DNA of 64,000 bases from Chrysomallon squamiferum (GCA_012295275.1 CM022673.1:6076001-6140000), one strand, 5' to 3'; positions 14,511-30,841 are shown, counted from the stretch's first letter. The notes: generated by a model not told the origin, from the letters alone. Numbers and translations are program-made.

Positions 14511-17109
14511 CATCATCATCATCATCATCACCATCATCATATAAAATGACACAAAAAATAAATCATAAAATTTTTGCATCTGTTATCACATCACTCACAT
14601 TATTCGATTTACCCTGAAGCTGTACAGTTGTTGTTTTTTTTTTCTCATTACAACAAAAATCCATGTCTACCTGCATGTTTTATGTCTTTCTGACAACAAA
14701 ACCACATATCCCCCAGGTATAAAACTAACATTTCCCAATACATCACCGTTAAAATAAACCTCATATTCCACGCCACATGTAACAGTATAAAACTGTCTGT
14801 CATTTGAATCTGTGTGCAAGTGCATTTCATCCTGCATCATCTCTTTAATGAAGAAAAGTTATGTCAAGGGGTGGTTGCACTTTTATGTGTGTGTAATTTT
14901 GAAAGCAAAATGAGTTTTCCTGTTATACACAGAAAACGAACTTTTAAAAAGTGGCGAGTGAAAGGTGTTATGTACATCAACTGAATCAGAGGATTAAATA
15001 AATAAGCATAAGCATAAATAAACAAACATAAAAACAAAAAAAAATAAATAAACTTAAATAAATAAACAAAAGTATAAATAAACATACATAAAAAAAAGAT
15101 AAATAAATAAATATGTTAATAAATAAATTTAAATAAAACACAGACATAAACAAATACAACACAAACAAACAAATAAAAACAAACATAAATAAATATATTA
15201 ATTGAAATAAATAAACAAACAAATAAACAAATACAAATATAAGCAAACAAATAATTCTTAAATTCAAAAAAAAAAAAAAAAAAAAAAAAAGGTCATTAAA
15301 AAAAATTCAGTAACCTGAGAATATCTATTGCAGAGGTTTGTCTGTCATCAATAACTGTTTATTTACTTAATGTGTTTTTATACATTAAAAAAAAAAAAAA
15401 TAATAATAATAATAATTTCATAAAAACATCTGTTTGATTGCAAAGGAAATTAGTCTATGGTATTCCTGGTCATAAATGTCCCCTAACTTTGACAATCAAT
15501 ACTATTACAGTGTTCAGTTCTGGAAAAGGTTAATCACTTCCTTTTTTTTTAATGAATCTAACCATGGAATTATTGTTACTAGACATGCAACATTCACACA
15601 TGAATGCTCACAAAACAAGAATCAAGGGGAAAAAATGTATAACTGTATTGTGGTAGAATTCTGCATACAGTAATGGTAGACACATTTAGGTGTGAATAAA
15701 TCAGTCTACAAATTATAAGGATCACCATTATCGTCAAATAACATCAATATTATTATCATAATGTTGTTATCAGTAATCAGTATCACTGTCGTAGTTTCAT
15801 TAACAGAAATAGTTTAATCATATCATTGGTATTAACATATTTGTCATAATCATTACAACTGTCATCATATTTATCATCAATATTAGGATTTTAAAAGTTA
15901 TCATCATTCAGTATTATTATTAATATTAATCATAAACATTATTATGTTACAACTTTTTAAACCATCATAATCATCATCATTATATATACATTATCAACAT
16001 CATTATATGACAATTTTAAAAACTATCATCAATCAACATCTTCATATTGGTCATCATCATCATCATCATCATAATCATTGTTATGAACTCCATTATCACC
16101 AGGTGGATAACAATACTGGTATATCTTTTTCATATCACTAATGACATCTCCAATATTTTTTATTTTTTATTTTTTTTTTATTTTTTTTTTTAAAATTTTA
16201 TCTTTATCAATAACTCTTGATGGGTAGCAAAACTTGATCAAACAAATGTCTTCATCCAACAACATTTTACACTTTACACAAACACAAACACTCCATTGAC
16301 TCATCAATAATTCAAACAGTTCCTTTGTCAGTGGGCAAAGACAAATATAATGCATCGGTCTGACAATCATAATAATTAAACTGTTAAATGGCTGTTCAAT
16401 ACAAGCTATTTATTTCCAGTGCTGTCGGCCATTTTATTTGTACTAAGTGAGAAGACCTGAACTTGTTTCTGTTAAGTGAACCAGAGGAACCTGGATGTTG
16501 AAAAATAATAGTGATAGGTGTGAAGGTAAATAAATAATAAGAACAAATAAATGATAAAATAATTTCTCTTAAATGCTGCAGTCAGAGCTTTCACATTGTT
16601 TTGTAGTTTGTTATAAATGTCAACAAAATAAAGAAAAACAAAAATAAAAAAAAAAATAAAACAAATCAATAAATAAATTAAATTTTTAAAAAATTAAATA
16701 ATATTATTAAATAAATGTTTAAAAAAAAAAAATAAGTAATAAGTAATAGAAAAATAAAAAAATACAAAATACAATAAAATAATAAATAAATAATTACACA
16801 GTAGTAGTAGTAGTAGTAGTAGTAACAATAATGATAATAATAACAGTTTATTATCAAATCTTTAATACTGTCTAACAGAATATATGCATCAAAATATACA
16901 AACAGTACTGCATGACAGCATTTAATATATAATAAAATATTTTCAGGGATCTTTAACATCATTTAACAGAATATGATACATGTGATAACTTATCAGTGAA
17001 AGTGTGAAAATAAATAATAAATTTCTCAACAAATGAATCTTTACACACAGGAAATTTATGTGTCAGAATTTATCAACATTAAATATCTGTTTGTGGCATT
17101 TAATACTGT

Positions 17110-17152
<43 letters not shown>

Positions 17153-17684
17153 TTCTTGTTATTATTTAATTTGATTCTCAAGCTGGATTTCTCTGATCCC
17201 ACCACTCAGCAGAAACACCTGCAATCTAAACCCAGACACAGCTGAATAGAAAATATGACAACTTTGTCAAAGGGAAGTAGTATTATCAATAAAGTTTATT
17301 ATTTAAAGAGAACCTTTATCGTAACATGACTGAGTGACATCGAATATACCACATTGGAGATAGCCAGCCCTATCGGAGGTATTGTAATCAAGAAATTGTG
17401 GCAGATTGATGACAGTACATTATTTAACTGTATTATGTTATTATATTACATTATTACAGGAGAATACTTTATAAGAGTAACCTGGAAATGTATCCAGATA
17501 AATACCATAGCAACCATTTAAAAATATGTAATGACTGAAACACTGAATACTGTTAGAATGAGAGACAAATCAACAAACTGCAAATTTCAAACATCATCAG
17601 ACAGTTCTTAAAAGCATAATATCCACATTTTAGCAATTATTATTAATAAAAATTATTTGTTTTTATAAAAAAGCCCCCATATAT

Positions 17685-18145
17685 ACAATAATGACTGAAA
17701 TCTAAAATATTACAGATGGTACAAATTATAAACAATTTGGTGAAAATTAGTATAAAATACATTATTCATGTACTCAGTGCCTTAGAATCCACTTGTCTTA
17801 AACAACCAATGCATGCATAATGGTAATAATTATTGAAATAAAACAATATTACACACACAATAATGTAATACTGAAACAGGTCACATTAATGACAATATAT
17901 TTTTTATACTTCAACATACCAGATATGTACTCAGTGCCTTAATGACAACTTAAGCATCAAACCACTCCTTATGCAATTACTGAGATCCAAATATTACAGC
18001 CACGAATACTACAATGAAACAGGTCAGATTATTAATAATAAAAAAATATATATGGTGGTAAAATGTACCCATTGCCTCAACATCTCCTTATGAACAACCA
18101 TTGGATGTAGTAGTAATGACTAAAATCTAAAACATTACATCCTTG
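17685..18145. repeat. Highly degenerate ~140-155-bp tandem repeat (about 3 copies)
   Basis: atgtactcagtgcctta at ~17768 and ~17925 with a variant at ~18063; gaaacaggtca at ~17873 and ~18016. Confidence 0.7.
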
Positions 18146-19202
18146 ACAACATCATAATGAGGTTCACCAAGTCCACAACAACCTGTAGACTGGATCTACA
18201 TACATCTACACTGTGATTATCAAGGCAGCTGCTGTCGATTATGTCATTGTCAACACAACAATGCAGTTTGCTGAAAGGCGGTGGTGTGTCTTAATGGGAG
18301 ACAGCAGCAACAACAGCGCAGCTGCTAGAATGACGATAACAATGCTGTAGTGATTGTCTTGTGTCTGCTGAGTTTCCTCTTGTTGAGTGAAAGTGGTTTC
18401 ATTGTTTTAATACAGACAAACATACGTACAGATAGTGAGACAGACATATGTAAACATAAAAATATAAACAAACAGACATACATTTATATATAAAAACATA
18501 TGTTTATACATGCATATATACATACATACATATTACAAAATACACACACAAATACAAACATACCTACATACATGCATGCATATATACATTCACACACACA
18601 CAAACATCATACATTCATTCATACATACATACACACATTCAAACAGAAAATGACATATACATGAATTAATTCTGTGTACAAATTCACCAAATATACAAAT
18701 AAGAAAGAGAAACACAACACACACACAAACACACATATAAACTGTTCTGTATTTGTGTTTGTCTAAATCTATTGCTATCTGCCACATCATACATGCACAA
18801 CCTAATTCTCTGATTATCAGAAAGACTCGGTAAAAAGCATTCATCAATGAAAAACTTTTTGATTCCTCTTTGCAGCGAGAGTTCCAATTAACTCTCTAAT
18901 AATAGAAGGAAGAATGTTGACACTGCAGGTAACAAGTAGAGAAATGCCTTTAATGGTGACCAGCAAAACAAACAGCGTGACATCAATATGGTATTGAACT
19001 GACACTTGAAGGCGTTAAATATGGAAATGTGTGGACACTGGTATTTATGGGTTCACAAGCTGCCCATTGGTAATTTTCAATAAATCATGACAGCCTTGAT
19101 GATCAATAAATTGTAGTTGTTAAGTTTTAAGTTCATAATCAATAAGTCAGTCAGTGAGATGCTTGTTCCAAATATTTAATTACATTAAGTTAACTGATAG
19201 GC

Positions 19203-19204
<2 letters not shown>

Positions 19205-19247
<43 letters not shown>

Positions 19248-19510
19248 GTTATTATTAATAGTAGTAGTAGTAGAAGTAGTGGTAGCAGCTGTAGTAGCAT
19301 TAATAGTAGCAGTAGCAGACGTAGTTGTAGCAGAATTAAATATTACTGTTAATAGTAATAGTAGCAGCAGTGGTATTATTATTATTATTATTATCAGTAG
19401 TAGTAGTAATAGTATTTGAAGCAGTAGCTGTAGCAACAACAGTAAGATGTAGTAGTAGCATTATTATTATTATTATTATTATTATTAATATCACTAATTG
19501 TTGTTGTTGC
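19205..19510. repeat. Compound (ATT)n/(GTA/GCA)n tract
   Basis: Visible. Confidence 0.9.
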
Positions 19511-20902
19511 TGTTGTAAAAGAGGTAGCATAGCACAAGCAGTAGTAGCAGAGACAGAACAATTAGAAGATGATGATAATGAAGAAGACTGAAAGAAAACC
19601 AGAAAGTAAGAAGCTGACAGATACAGAGAGATTAACTGGCAGAGAAACAGACAGACCGACAGAAAGAGACAGATTCAATGAATGATTAATTTCTCAGCAA
19701 TAAGGGCTAAGGAAATGTCCTGTACCAAGACCACTTCTTAATTTCTGTAAATGTATTAATTATCCGGTTATTCAGAACAACAGTACCAATAAAAGTCCAA
19801 TTCCAGCTCAGAAATGAGCTCAAGATGACAAACAATTCATGAAAAAAAAATTTTTTTTTTTAAATTTAAAAACATTTAAGGAACAGAAAAGAAAAGAGAA
19901 ATAATTGAAATATCAAAGACTTTATTTAAAAAATGTAACAAAATTTGAATTTGAATTTTTTTTTTAATTTTGTTCAAAGGTTTGTTGCCTTCTTTCCTTG
20001 TCAAAACAAAGTAATATAACAATACATTTTATTTTTGTTTTTTGTTTTTTTCTTGCATTGAATTTGGTTCTGCAAGCAATTCCAATAAAAAAAAATCTGT
20101 AGTTAGAAAACAGCACCCTTTCATAAAGTCAAGACTTTTGTGTTTGAATGTTACAGATTTCATTTCAGTGTCTGCCATTTTAATTCTGCTGTTTTGTTTC
20201 TGCCAGTTTTATCTGTGGTAGCTTAATTGCAATATATGTTTATTTTCACTGCAGTTATTCTAAAACTGTTATCAAGGATATTCAACTTAACACATCTGTT
20301 GTTTATTTATCATTTTTAAAAATTCATTTAGCTTTTTTTTTTTTTTTTTTTAATTTTACATCTGATTTACATCTTAAAATTTTTATAGTAACCATTTTTT
20401 TTATATGTTTGACATCTGACATCATTTTCCACTTCAACATCAGCCATATTTTCACCACCATTTTTAACATGTCCTGTTACTGGTTATTTATTTCAAATTT
20501 GTGTGGGGAAGGTATTAACACTCTGCCTATTTTAACAATCTTCCTGTTAACTAACAGCCAACCAGTTTTAACACTGCACATTTTAACATTCTGTTGGTTT
20601 TAACAATGTTTTGGTGTCAACAGTCCGACAGCTTCGGCAACAGAGCAGTTCTAACAACCTGCGAGATTTAGCAATGTGTCAGTTTTAACAATCTCGCTGT
20701 TTACATCTGCTCCTTTACGTCTGCTGATTCTGCAGTCATTTGATTAGAGTCGTGAAATTTGACTACGAAGCCGGCATAATCTCCAGCACAAACGATACAA
20801 GAGAATGGCATTTGTCAATCATGTGACAACAAGCACAAAGTCAAGCAACACTTCTTAGGAAGGCAGTCTGCTTGCCAGTCCTCTAATGTTACCAAAGAAT
20901 AT

Positions 20903-20938
<36 letters not shown>

Positions 20939-21341
20939 AATAAAGATTTCGTTACACAAACCATTTGGTTGGCTGAGTTGGTGTGTGAGAATCAGGTTTT
21001 AAATTGCTGGGCAGGCTGGGATGAGCTGTGTGGAGAGTGTGGAGATGTAATTATACACATTCTACAAGCTGTGATTTTCTCTGTCCACTGACCAATCCCT
21101 AGCAGTTCTCGGTTTGTGTGTCCAGTAAATTATGCTCAGATCTCAGAGTTCTGAATATCAGCATCTCTCTTATTGTTTTTTTTTTTTTTTTTCAATGTCT
21201 TTCTTGCTGCTTGTTTTACTGAGGTATTTTCTCTCTTTCATTTTCTTTCCATGTTATTTTCTTACAGTTGTTCTTCTCTTTGTTTTTGTCTCTGACTTCA
21301 TCTCTGTTTCCCTCTTTTTCATTCCATTTGTGCCTTTCTTT

Positions 21342-21344
<3 letters not shown>

Positions 21345-21432
<88 letters not shown>
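21345..21432. repeat. (CT)n microsatellite
   Basis: Visible pure tract. Confidence 0.95.
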
Positions 21433-21435
<3 letters not shown>

Positions 21436-22959
21436 AGTACATCAGAAAGAAGGTTATGAATCTTTCTTTATTTGCTATATTAGTACCACTCTTTATTATT
21501 AGCACAGAGTGGCTCTGCTGATAAACATGTTTATGCATCAAACTTTTCACAAAGAAGAAATTAATTATTGTATATCCCACTGACCATATCCATAACATTA
21601 TGATTATCAAACTTATTACTCCTAAGTACAATAAAAAACAACAACACAGCAACCTTTTTAATTTAATTTACACATATCTTTGACGCAAATGGATGGGTCT
21701 TTTTCTTCTTTCTTTTCATTCAATTTTTGTTTTTTCTATTGAAGATGTATTTAAGGTTTCTGAAATGACTCCATTAAATCCAAATGGTAATCACTGAAGC
21801 TATTTCTCAACTTCTTTCTTCTTCTTTGTCCTTTTTTTTTTCTTCCTTCTTTTTTTTTATGACTCCTCCATTTTCTGAAAAGCACTATCTTAAAAGCAGT
21901 GGTGTGAGGTTCAATCTAAGAAAGAAAATAGGATGATCTGTCATTGTCAGGACTGTTTCATGGGTCAGATCTTTCAGGGCTCCAATGGAAAAAGATATGT
22001 CATTGTTTTTAATGACTTTAAAAGAAATATAATGGATATCATCGTATGAGAGTGAAAAGGTTTTTCACTTGAAACCGTTGGCTTTGATCATAGCAAATCT
22101 TTAAACAATTAAGTCTTCACTTTAAAGAGAAATTTCTTCTTTTTTTTGTTTTGCTTTTTTGTTTCTGAGTTCAGAGGCTCATTTGAAGAAATAGTGTTTG
22201 AAGGTGACTGCTGATACTGTATTAGTAGAATTGCTGGTATTAGCTTGTTGTATTTTCTAGTTGATATTTTCTGTTTCTCTCTATTTTCCTCTCTATTTTC
22301 TACCTTTCTCTTTCTGTCCATACATCTCCAGTCACCATCATTTTCTTTCTGGCTGAACTCATTTTTCAGTCTTATTTAATATCTGTAAAAATGTTAACTT
22401 AATTAAAAACACCGTCTGTGTTTTGTTACATTTTCTCTCAACCATTAAGACTCATCATTTAAAATAATTAAATAAATAAATAAATAAATAAAAAAAAAAA
22501 AAAAAAATTTCCCCACAACCATCATCTTTTTCACTGTATGCTTCACTACGCATTTTTCGATTTCTCTCTTTTTCCTTATCCTGCACAACATGTAGATCTA
22601 TTTTCATTATGAGAAATCTCAGGAAAACAAATCAAAACCAACAGAGAAGAATAATAATAGCATATTTATCCACAGCAGCTTGTTTGTTGATTTATCTCCT
22701 ATAAGTGCACATATATCATTATTATAAGAACAGCACAGAAATACCTGCAACATATGGTCATACGTTAAGGTGACTTCATACAAACCCATTTATGATAACA
22801 GTTTATATTAAAGAGACATCTTAACACTGAGTAGGTTTACATTAACATTTTTATTCATATTTTATCTGAAGCAGAGTTTTATACTGATTGATTTAAACAA
22901 ACAGGCTATTTTTTAAAAAGTGGCTTCGTGCAGAATGACATACAGGTACAATTTATTAT

Positions 22960-23124
22960 AAATACACAATTTGTACACTGAAGCATACTGAAAAAAAAAT
23001 ATTTCACTTCTAGCATGTCAGTTTAAACAAATATTTATCAGCTGTTACCATAAATTGTTCAGTGTTCTGTCTCTGTCTTTCTTGTTCATTCTCTCTCAAC
23101 CATTGGCCTCCAGAATCTATCTAC

Positions 23125-23190
<66 letters not shown>
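22960..23190 (+). repeat. Copy 1 of a ~145-bp direct duplication with (CT)n tail
   Basis: 22960-23103 is nearly identical to 24277-24420. Confidence 0.92.
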
Positions 23191-23194
<4 letters not shown>

Positions 23195-23488
23195 GTCTGC
23201 ACACATACATTCATACCCAATCAGCTGTGTCTGTCTCTCTGTCTGTCTCTATGTCTCTGTCTGTCTCTATGTCTCTGTCTGTCTCTATGTCTCTCTGTCT
23301 ATCTATCTATCTGTCCCAACATTCATCTTCTTCCATCCATCCATCCATTTTATCTGTCAGTCAATCTATCAATCAGTCTATCTGTCTACCATACTTTCTC
23401 TCTAAATATATCTCACTCCATCTCTATTTTCCTCTTGATCCCAGTGATAATTTTTCTCAGTGATTCTCCATTATTATCTTTGATGGCT

Positions 23489-23632
<144 letters not shown>

Positions 23633-24084
23633 CACACCTTTACACTACAAATACCTACATGTATGCAGAACAATAAATATAAGATGATTTTTCACAACAT
23701 TATGTTGTTTATATTTCTGCCAAAAGCAGAAGGGAAGGACAAGGCATGTATGGTTACCATGACCCGAACCTAATGAATGCATTATCCACAGACTATAAAA
23801 TATCTTGACATATGGAAATGGCAGCATGGAGTTAGATACACTATGAATATGTTATTTCCAGTTACATCCTCTTATCATGGCACTGTCTTGCTGTGAGGAA
23901 TATGGTAATGTGTTATACAGATCAGAATTATTGTATTTTGTGACCATATTCAGATGTTTGACATGTGGGGGTTTTTATGATTGTTTTTTTGTAGCAAAGG
24001 AAAGGAAAGAGAGAAAGCAAGAAAGAAGAGGAATTGAGAGAGATTGAGAGAGAGAGAGAGAGAGACACACACAGACAAACAGAC

Positions 24085-24125
<41 letters not shown>

Positions 24126-24276
24126 GAGAGAGAGATTGATTGGCTGCTTTTTGGTGGGTTTTTGCACTGTCCTATTGCAATGGTAAAAGATATCAAACAG
24201 TTTTATTCAAAGCAAAGATGAATTTAGTGAAAAAATGTTGGTTTTGTTTTTTTTGTTATATATGATTATTTATTTT

Positions 24277-24600
<324 letters not shown>

Positions 24601-25342
24601 CCTACATTCTTAACTACCTTTCCTACCTACCAATGTGATAATTTATGCCAAAGACTATCTGTACACCTAAGAATATATGAATATTTGACAAGGTGGAGTG
24701 AATGTCTATTAACGGTTTATGTCTTTATGTTTATGTGTGTCAAAGTTTCCTGTTGGCTGGATGGGTGGGTATATATATATATATATATATAACTGTACAT
24801 ATTTAAATAATTTGCCATTTCAAACATTGCTATTATTTCTTGGCCCACTGGTAAATGAAAGCCAGGGATGAGTTGAGTAGAATCCTGTGATGTAAACAAA
24901 ATAAAAACCACATGACCAAGTACAACTGTCCTTACAGTAATGGTGTTTACTGGATGTGGCCATTCACAAGACCTGGGTAACTGGAGACGCATATTTTTCA
25001 GTTTATTTACTAGCCCTCCTGAGAACGTATTTATGATGGGATATTAAAGGTAACTCGGGAAAATAGCAAAACAACAAGAACGTTTGATTATGATTTGGCA
25101 TTACATTGTGAGGGAGTGTTGTGTTGTATCACATTTAAAATCAATGAACAAGAGAGGTGAAGAAATGTTTTTTTTTATTAAAAAAGGAAAGAAGGATAGG
25201 AAAAATAAACAAATGAATACAGAAAAGAAAGAAGAAGAAATGAACAGGGAAAGATAATGAGAGATAGACTGACACAGATAGATATGTAGAAAGAAAGAAA
25301 GAAAGAAAAAAGAAAAATATATAGATAAGTAGATAGATACAT

Positions 25343-25373
<31 letters not shown>

Positions 25374-25989
25374 CACAGAGACAGATAGATACATATGTAT
25401 ATAGACTGACATATAGAGAGATATACATTGATAGATAGATAAATAGATAGATATATAAACATGTGAAAGAAAGAAACCGAAAAAAAGAAAGAAAGAAAGA
25501 TATAATTAATTATCTTTGTATGATTCTCTACTCTCCCCATCAGGTGTTGGTTGGAACAGAAAATCACACATTACTACCAGTACTGGATTTTGATCCTGTG
25601 AACCTTCGCACCTCAGGCAGACAATGTTATCTGTTAATAAAAATGATGCTCTGCCATCCGTATTATGTTATTTGGTAAAGACTCACTTTTTTTTCATTAA
25701 CAAAATAAATTAGTCTGGAGACAAATAAAAAAGTTTAAAAACAAGAAAGAGGAAAATAAAATCAATTTGCTTCAGTGTCTGAAAGAGATTTATGGTACAT
25801 GATAATCAAAATGGACCAGGGATGAAAAATGAATTACCATCTCAGCATGGTGTCCGAAAAACCAAAACAAAAACAACAGTAAATTATTTAATGGTTTATT
25901 AATAATTTTTAACTAAATGTGTGATGTTTTTCACAAGGTAAAATTATATTATGAGGAATAAAATAAATTAAATTAAAGATTTATGTTTA

Positions 25990-25992
<3 letters not shown>

Positions 25993-26069
<77 letters not shown>
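25993..26069. repeat. (CT)n microsatellite
   Basis: Visible. Confidence 0.95.
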
Positions 26070-26073
<4 letters not shown>

Positions 26074-26656
26074 CTATTTACCTACCTATCTCTTTCCATG
26101 TATCTACCTGTCTGTCTATATATCTCTATATATTTATCTATATATCTCTCTTTCTTTCTATTTAACTTTCTCTTTCTTTCTCTCACTCTCACTGACTTAC
26201 TCATCATCTGTCTATCTGTCAGTCTGTCTGTAGCCTGACCTACATATACACTCAACTCAACACACTTACATACAGACATACAAACATTAAAAACAATATT
26301 TTTCAATAAGTTAATAATACATTTCTGTCATTACCCCAGCTTTTCAAAACAAACTTTAATACACCGCTATTAATATACAGCACATTATTGATCACCCACT
26401 ACCTACATCACCCACTACCTTACATCACGGGAAATGCTTATCAACCTTTAATGTATTTCTTTCAAAACTGTAATTACAAAATTTCAACTCACTCAGAGGC
26501 TGTAGAAAATTACGTAGTATTGTGTTGACATTAATCGGCTGTTTTAACTGTATGATTTTCTCATTCTTCTTCATTTTTAATTTTTTTTTTCATTTTATTT
26601 TTTTTTTTTTTTTTTTTTCATTTTCTTAAAATATAACTCAATCTCTCGCTTTTGTC

Positions 26657-26691
<35 letters not shown>

Positions 26692-27634
26692 AAAAATGAG
26701 GTCAGTGTATTGCTAACATAACTATCACAGGGGAATTTATGGTTGGCTAGTGAAAATGAGATATTTCCTAAAAAAAAAAAAAAAAAAACGGTTCTTTTAA
26801 GAGAATTAGGTGACACGGGTCAAAATAATTTGTGAAATTTTGGAAAGAAGAAGTTAATAGTCTGTTGCAGAATGAGAGATGAGTTTATGAATTATGACAG
26901 AAAAAGAAAGACAAAAAAAAAATGAAATCATTAATGTCGTGTAAGGCAATAATGTGTTAAATGTTTAGTTAAAAAGTGATTTAAGAAAAGGCAGTTCTTC
27001 TTGACAAATGTGTTATAGTATGTTCTGACAAACTATTTATTAAGAATGTTTGATTTACATACACAACTAAGCAATCTGACCATTTCTCTGTTAGTTTTCA
27101 AAGTGGGATTTTTTTTTCAGAATTATCTTCTGTCTATAATAATTATAAAATCAATACTTGGAAATATATTTATTATTTTTACATTCATAAAGTTACTAAG
27201 TATTATTTTTATTATGTGTATGTGTACACAAACACATGCACGCACACACACGCATATATAAGTAATAACCATTACTGTTATTACTGTAAAATCCCTTGTT
27301 AATACTCAAACTAAATAACTGCCATTATTACCACCACCACCTCTACTACTATTTCTGCTACTACTATCACATAGCAAGTCTGGTATGTACAGACAGTCAG
27401 CCTGTACAGTGGTTTTAATTTGCTGGAGGCACTAGGCACAGTTCAACAAAGGATCATATAACTGCAGAACAGGCCAAACCATTTCCAGATCTCTACAATC
27501 AAAGGTTACTTGTATCTATCTATTGACAGACTTGAATGCTAAACGTGCATCTGGCAAGGTTAAGTGCAAATTAGGTTAATGTGGTGTGCGTTTAATATTT
27601 CTCCTGGCACAGAAATGCTGTTTAGTATGAATGG

Positions 27635-27860
27635 ACTAAGTTTTAATATATTGTTTTTTTTTCTATTAGTGTAGAAAGAGTTTTGGGGATAGTTTTAATA
27701 TTACTGCTTGTGTAGAAAAAGGTCCAGCTAGTTTTAATATTTCAAATTGTGTAAGAAAGAGATTTGGCTAGTTAGAAAGAGTTTTTTGGATAGTTTTTAA
27801 TATTTTTTTCTTATGTAGAAAGAGTTTTGGATAGTTTTAATAGTATTACTTGTGTTTTGT
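27635..27860. repeat. ~40-bp degenerate minisatellite (agttttaatat...gtagaaagagttttgg)
   Basis: agttttaat or agtttttaat recurs about 5 times at roughly 40-50 bp spacing. Confidence 0.7.
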
Positions 27861-28560
27861 GTAAAGTTTTCACTGGTTGTAGTCTTCAGTAGAGAAGATA
27901 AAACCAACAGTCTTGGAAATGTTATTAAAGGATTCCAACAAGGAATCAAAAGATGAAGAGTAACAGGAATGTTTTCTAGATCTCACATGTATCAAATCAG
28001 ATATACTAGAATATTACAAACGTCTTCTATCAGGAATCCAAAGAGGAATGGTTTGTAGTATAGTGAATATAATCTGTAGCAATGACAATGTAACAAATGG
28101 TTTCTGTAAGGAATTAAAAAAGGTATGGTAGCAGGAATGATTTCATTGCTTGTAGTGTAGTGAATATAACCAGTAGTGTTGCAGATGTAACAAAGGTCTC
28201 TACAAAGAACTGAAACAGAAATGACTTTGAAATAACAATTATGAGATCTGTCTGGACTGCTTTTATTTGACACAAATTGATACACAATGGACACCGATGA
28301 TGGTAACATTAGTGACTATTCAGATAATGATGAACAGAAGAATCAGACATTCTCAGACAGTTTTCAGTCTGGTTCTTACAACAGCAGCTTGTCATGCATG
28401 TGCTGTGTCACTGAACAGAGTTAGTGCTGAAAGGTTAACATGTTATGTCAGAAATGTCACTAGACTGATATTTCAGATTATTTTCTTCCCATTCCAAACT
28501 TCACAGTGATTTCAAATGACTTTCTTGAACTGTATATACTGTAGGCATAAATAAAGATCA

Positions 28561-28562
<2 letters not shown>

Positions 28563-28641
<79 letters not shown>
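28563..28641. repeat. (CT)n microsatellite
   Basis: Visible. Confidence 0.95.
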
Positions 28642-28649
<8 letters not shown>

Positions 28650-30771
28650 GTATATGTGTTAAAGATTTATATTTTACCATTTCTCTATTATTTTTCAAAT
28701 AGAGTTTTTACAAAATTATCTTTTGAATATAACAATTTTTAAAAATCAATACTCACCAAATTAGAACTTTATTATCACAATCCAGTATTATTTTCAAAAC
28801 TTGTCATATTAAAATATTAAATTCCAGTATTATTTTAGAAGAAAAAACTTTAAAAAAAAAATAATGATGAAAATCATCAAAAATATTTAGTCACGATAAA
28901 AACAATTAGTGATGATTTAAAAATAAAAATCAATATAATTTTTTTGTTCATTTTTAATTTATTTCTGTAGCTTTTTTCAAAATTTATTTTGTCCAAAGCT
29001 TTTCTTCTTTTATACATTTATCAAAATTTTTTTGAAAATATTTTCCAGAAAAATGAATAAAATATAATAATGATAATAAATTTTTAAAAATAATAATAAT
29101 AATGATTAAATAAACTGAAATTAATAAAAATAAAAAAGTAAAATTTTAACTTGAAAATAAATATTAAATAAGCATATCAGTTTCTTTAAAAGTTTTAACC
29201 ACTATTACATAAAAAAATAAAAAACATTCTAGAATTCCAAACTGTAACTCAATTTCTGTAAGAAATATATATAAATAAAAAAAATAGCAACACTAGCTTT
29301 TTCTCAACTGCTTCAGAAACTTCATTGCATGTGGTTGACAACTATCAACAAGTTTCTGCTTTCAGGCTTCAAATGGAATCACTGACATATAAAATATTTT
29401 CCAAACAACCACCAGTATTTTTTTTTTTTACAAATTTAATTTTGAATCAGTGACTTATAAAAACAAATCCACCGATAATTCTCCAGCATTTCTTTCCTAA
29501 TGACATTAGTGCCTTATAGAATTTATAGCATTTTCCAAACAACAACCCAATATTTATTTTTTGACGAATTTTTTTTTACAACATTTAAAAAAAAAAAAAA
29601 AAAAAAAAAATATTTTCTACACAACTACTATGAGTTTACTCTAACAGTCTTCAGGTGGAAAGCGACAGTAAACTGTTGCAAGTGAGAAATATCATGTAAC
29701 AAGAATTTTCACTTCAGTGGATGCTACAAAGAAAGAAAAAAAAAACAGAAAAGATTCTTACATCAATTATTGATCCTTAGACTCCAGTTCTGAGCACATT
29801 GGTTTTTGCCAATCTAAACAACATTGCCACATGAATAAACTGACAGCTTAGATACCATTTCTTTTTTTATCGGTGAGGTCTGTGGCATTATGGCAAGTAT
29901 TTTCTGTCTTTTTACCCATCACATTTCATAGCTTGTGGCACTGGAAATAATGTCAGTAAAGAGGGGAACAACAGAAATAAAAAATGTGCTGGCAGATAAC
30001 AGTGAAAATACATGTTTGAAATGATGATGATGATGATGATGATGATTTTGGGGATTAAAAATATACTAATATATGCATTTATATTTTATTGTTATTATTA
30101 TTAAATATACTCATGAAGTATAATGACATAGACACAAACTTGCAAACACATTCAGACAGACATATACACTGTCACCACCACCACATAATTAGATTTATGG
30201 AAAATACCAAAAACAGCAGGTTTCAATAACAATTTTGTCTAGTTGATATATGAAGACACAATACCAAATGACACATAATCACCAAATTTCCCCACAGAAC
30301 ATCAAACACACCACTCTGTGATACCCATTTTCCTATACCCATTTTGAAATCTGAAAACTGATATCTGTGTTTTCCTATACCCAGTTTGAAATCTGAATCC
30401 ACCACAACCCACCTATCAAAACTGATACCCATACAAACACTCTGAAATCAGTGCCACTCATTTTCTGGACAGCTGTACGTTGTACATGTGTGCTCCATGT
30501 TAATGTGGAAACTGACCACAAATAATAATTAAATTGTCTTCATGGAATTGCATTAGTGAAAGCATCAGACATTTATTCTGATCTACTGCATTTTCTGCCT
30601 GGTCAGATGCATTTTCCAATTACTTGCGTTAATTCTTCAATCTGCCTTGCAAATGTTAAAGATATAAAGTTATCCAGTTATGAAAGAGCTGTCGGGTGTG
30701 CGGAACTGGAAAATTAGTCTGTTAATTTTCACTGCTATTCATATGTGTATCATTAGATATAAACATCTAAG

Positions 30772-30778
<7 letters not shown>

Positions 30779-30841
<63 letters not shown>
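30779..30841. repeat. (CT)n microsatellite
   Basis: Visible. Confidence 0.93.
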
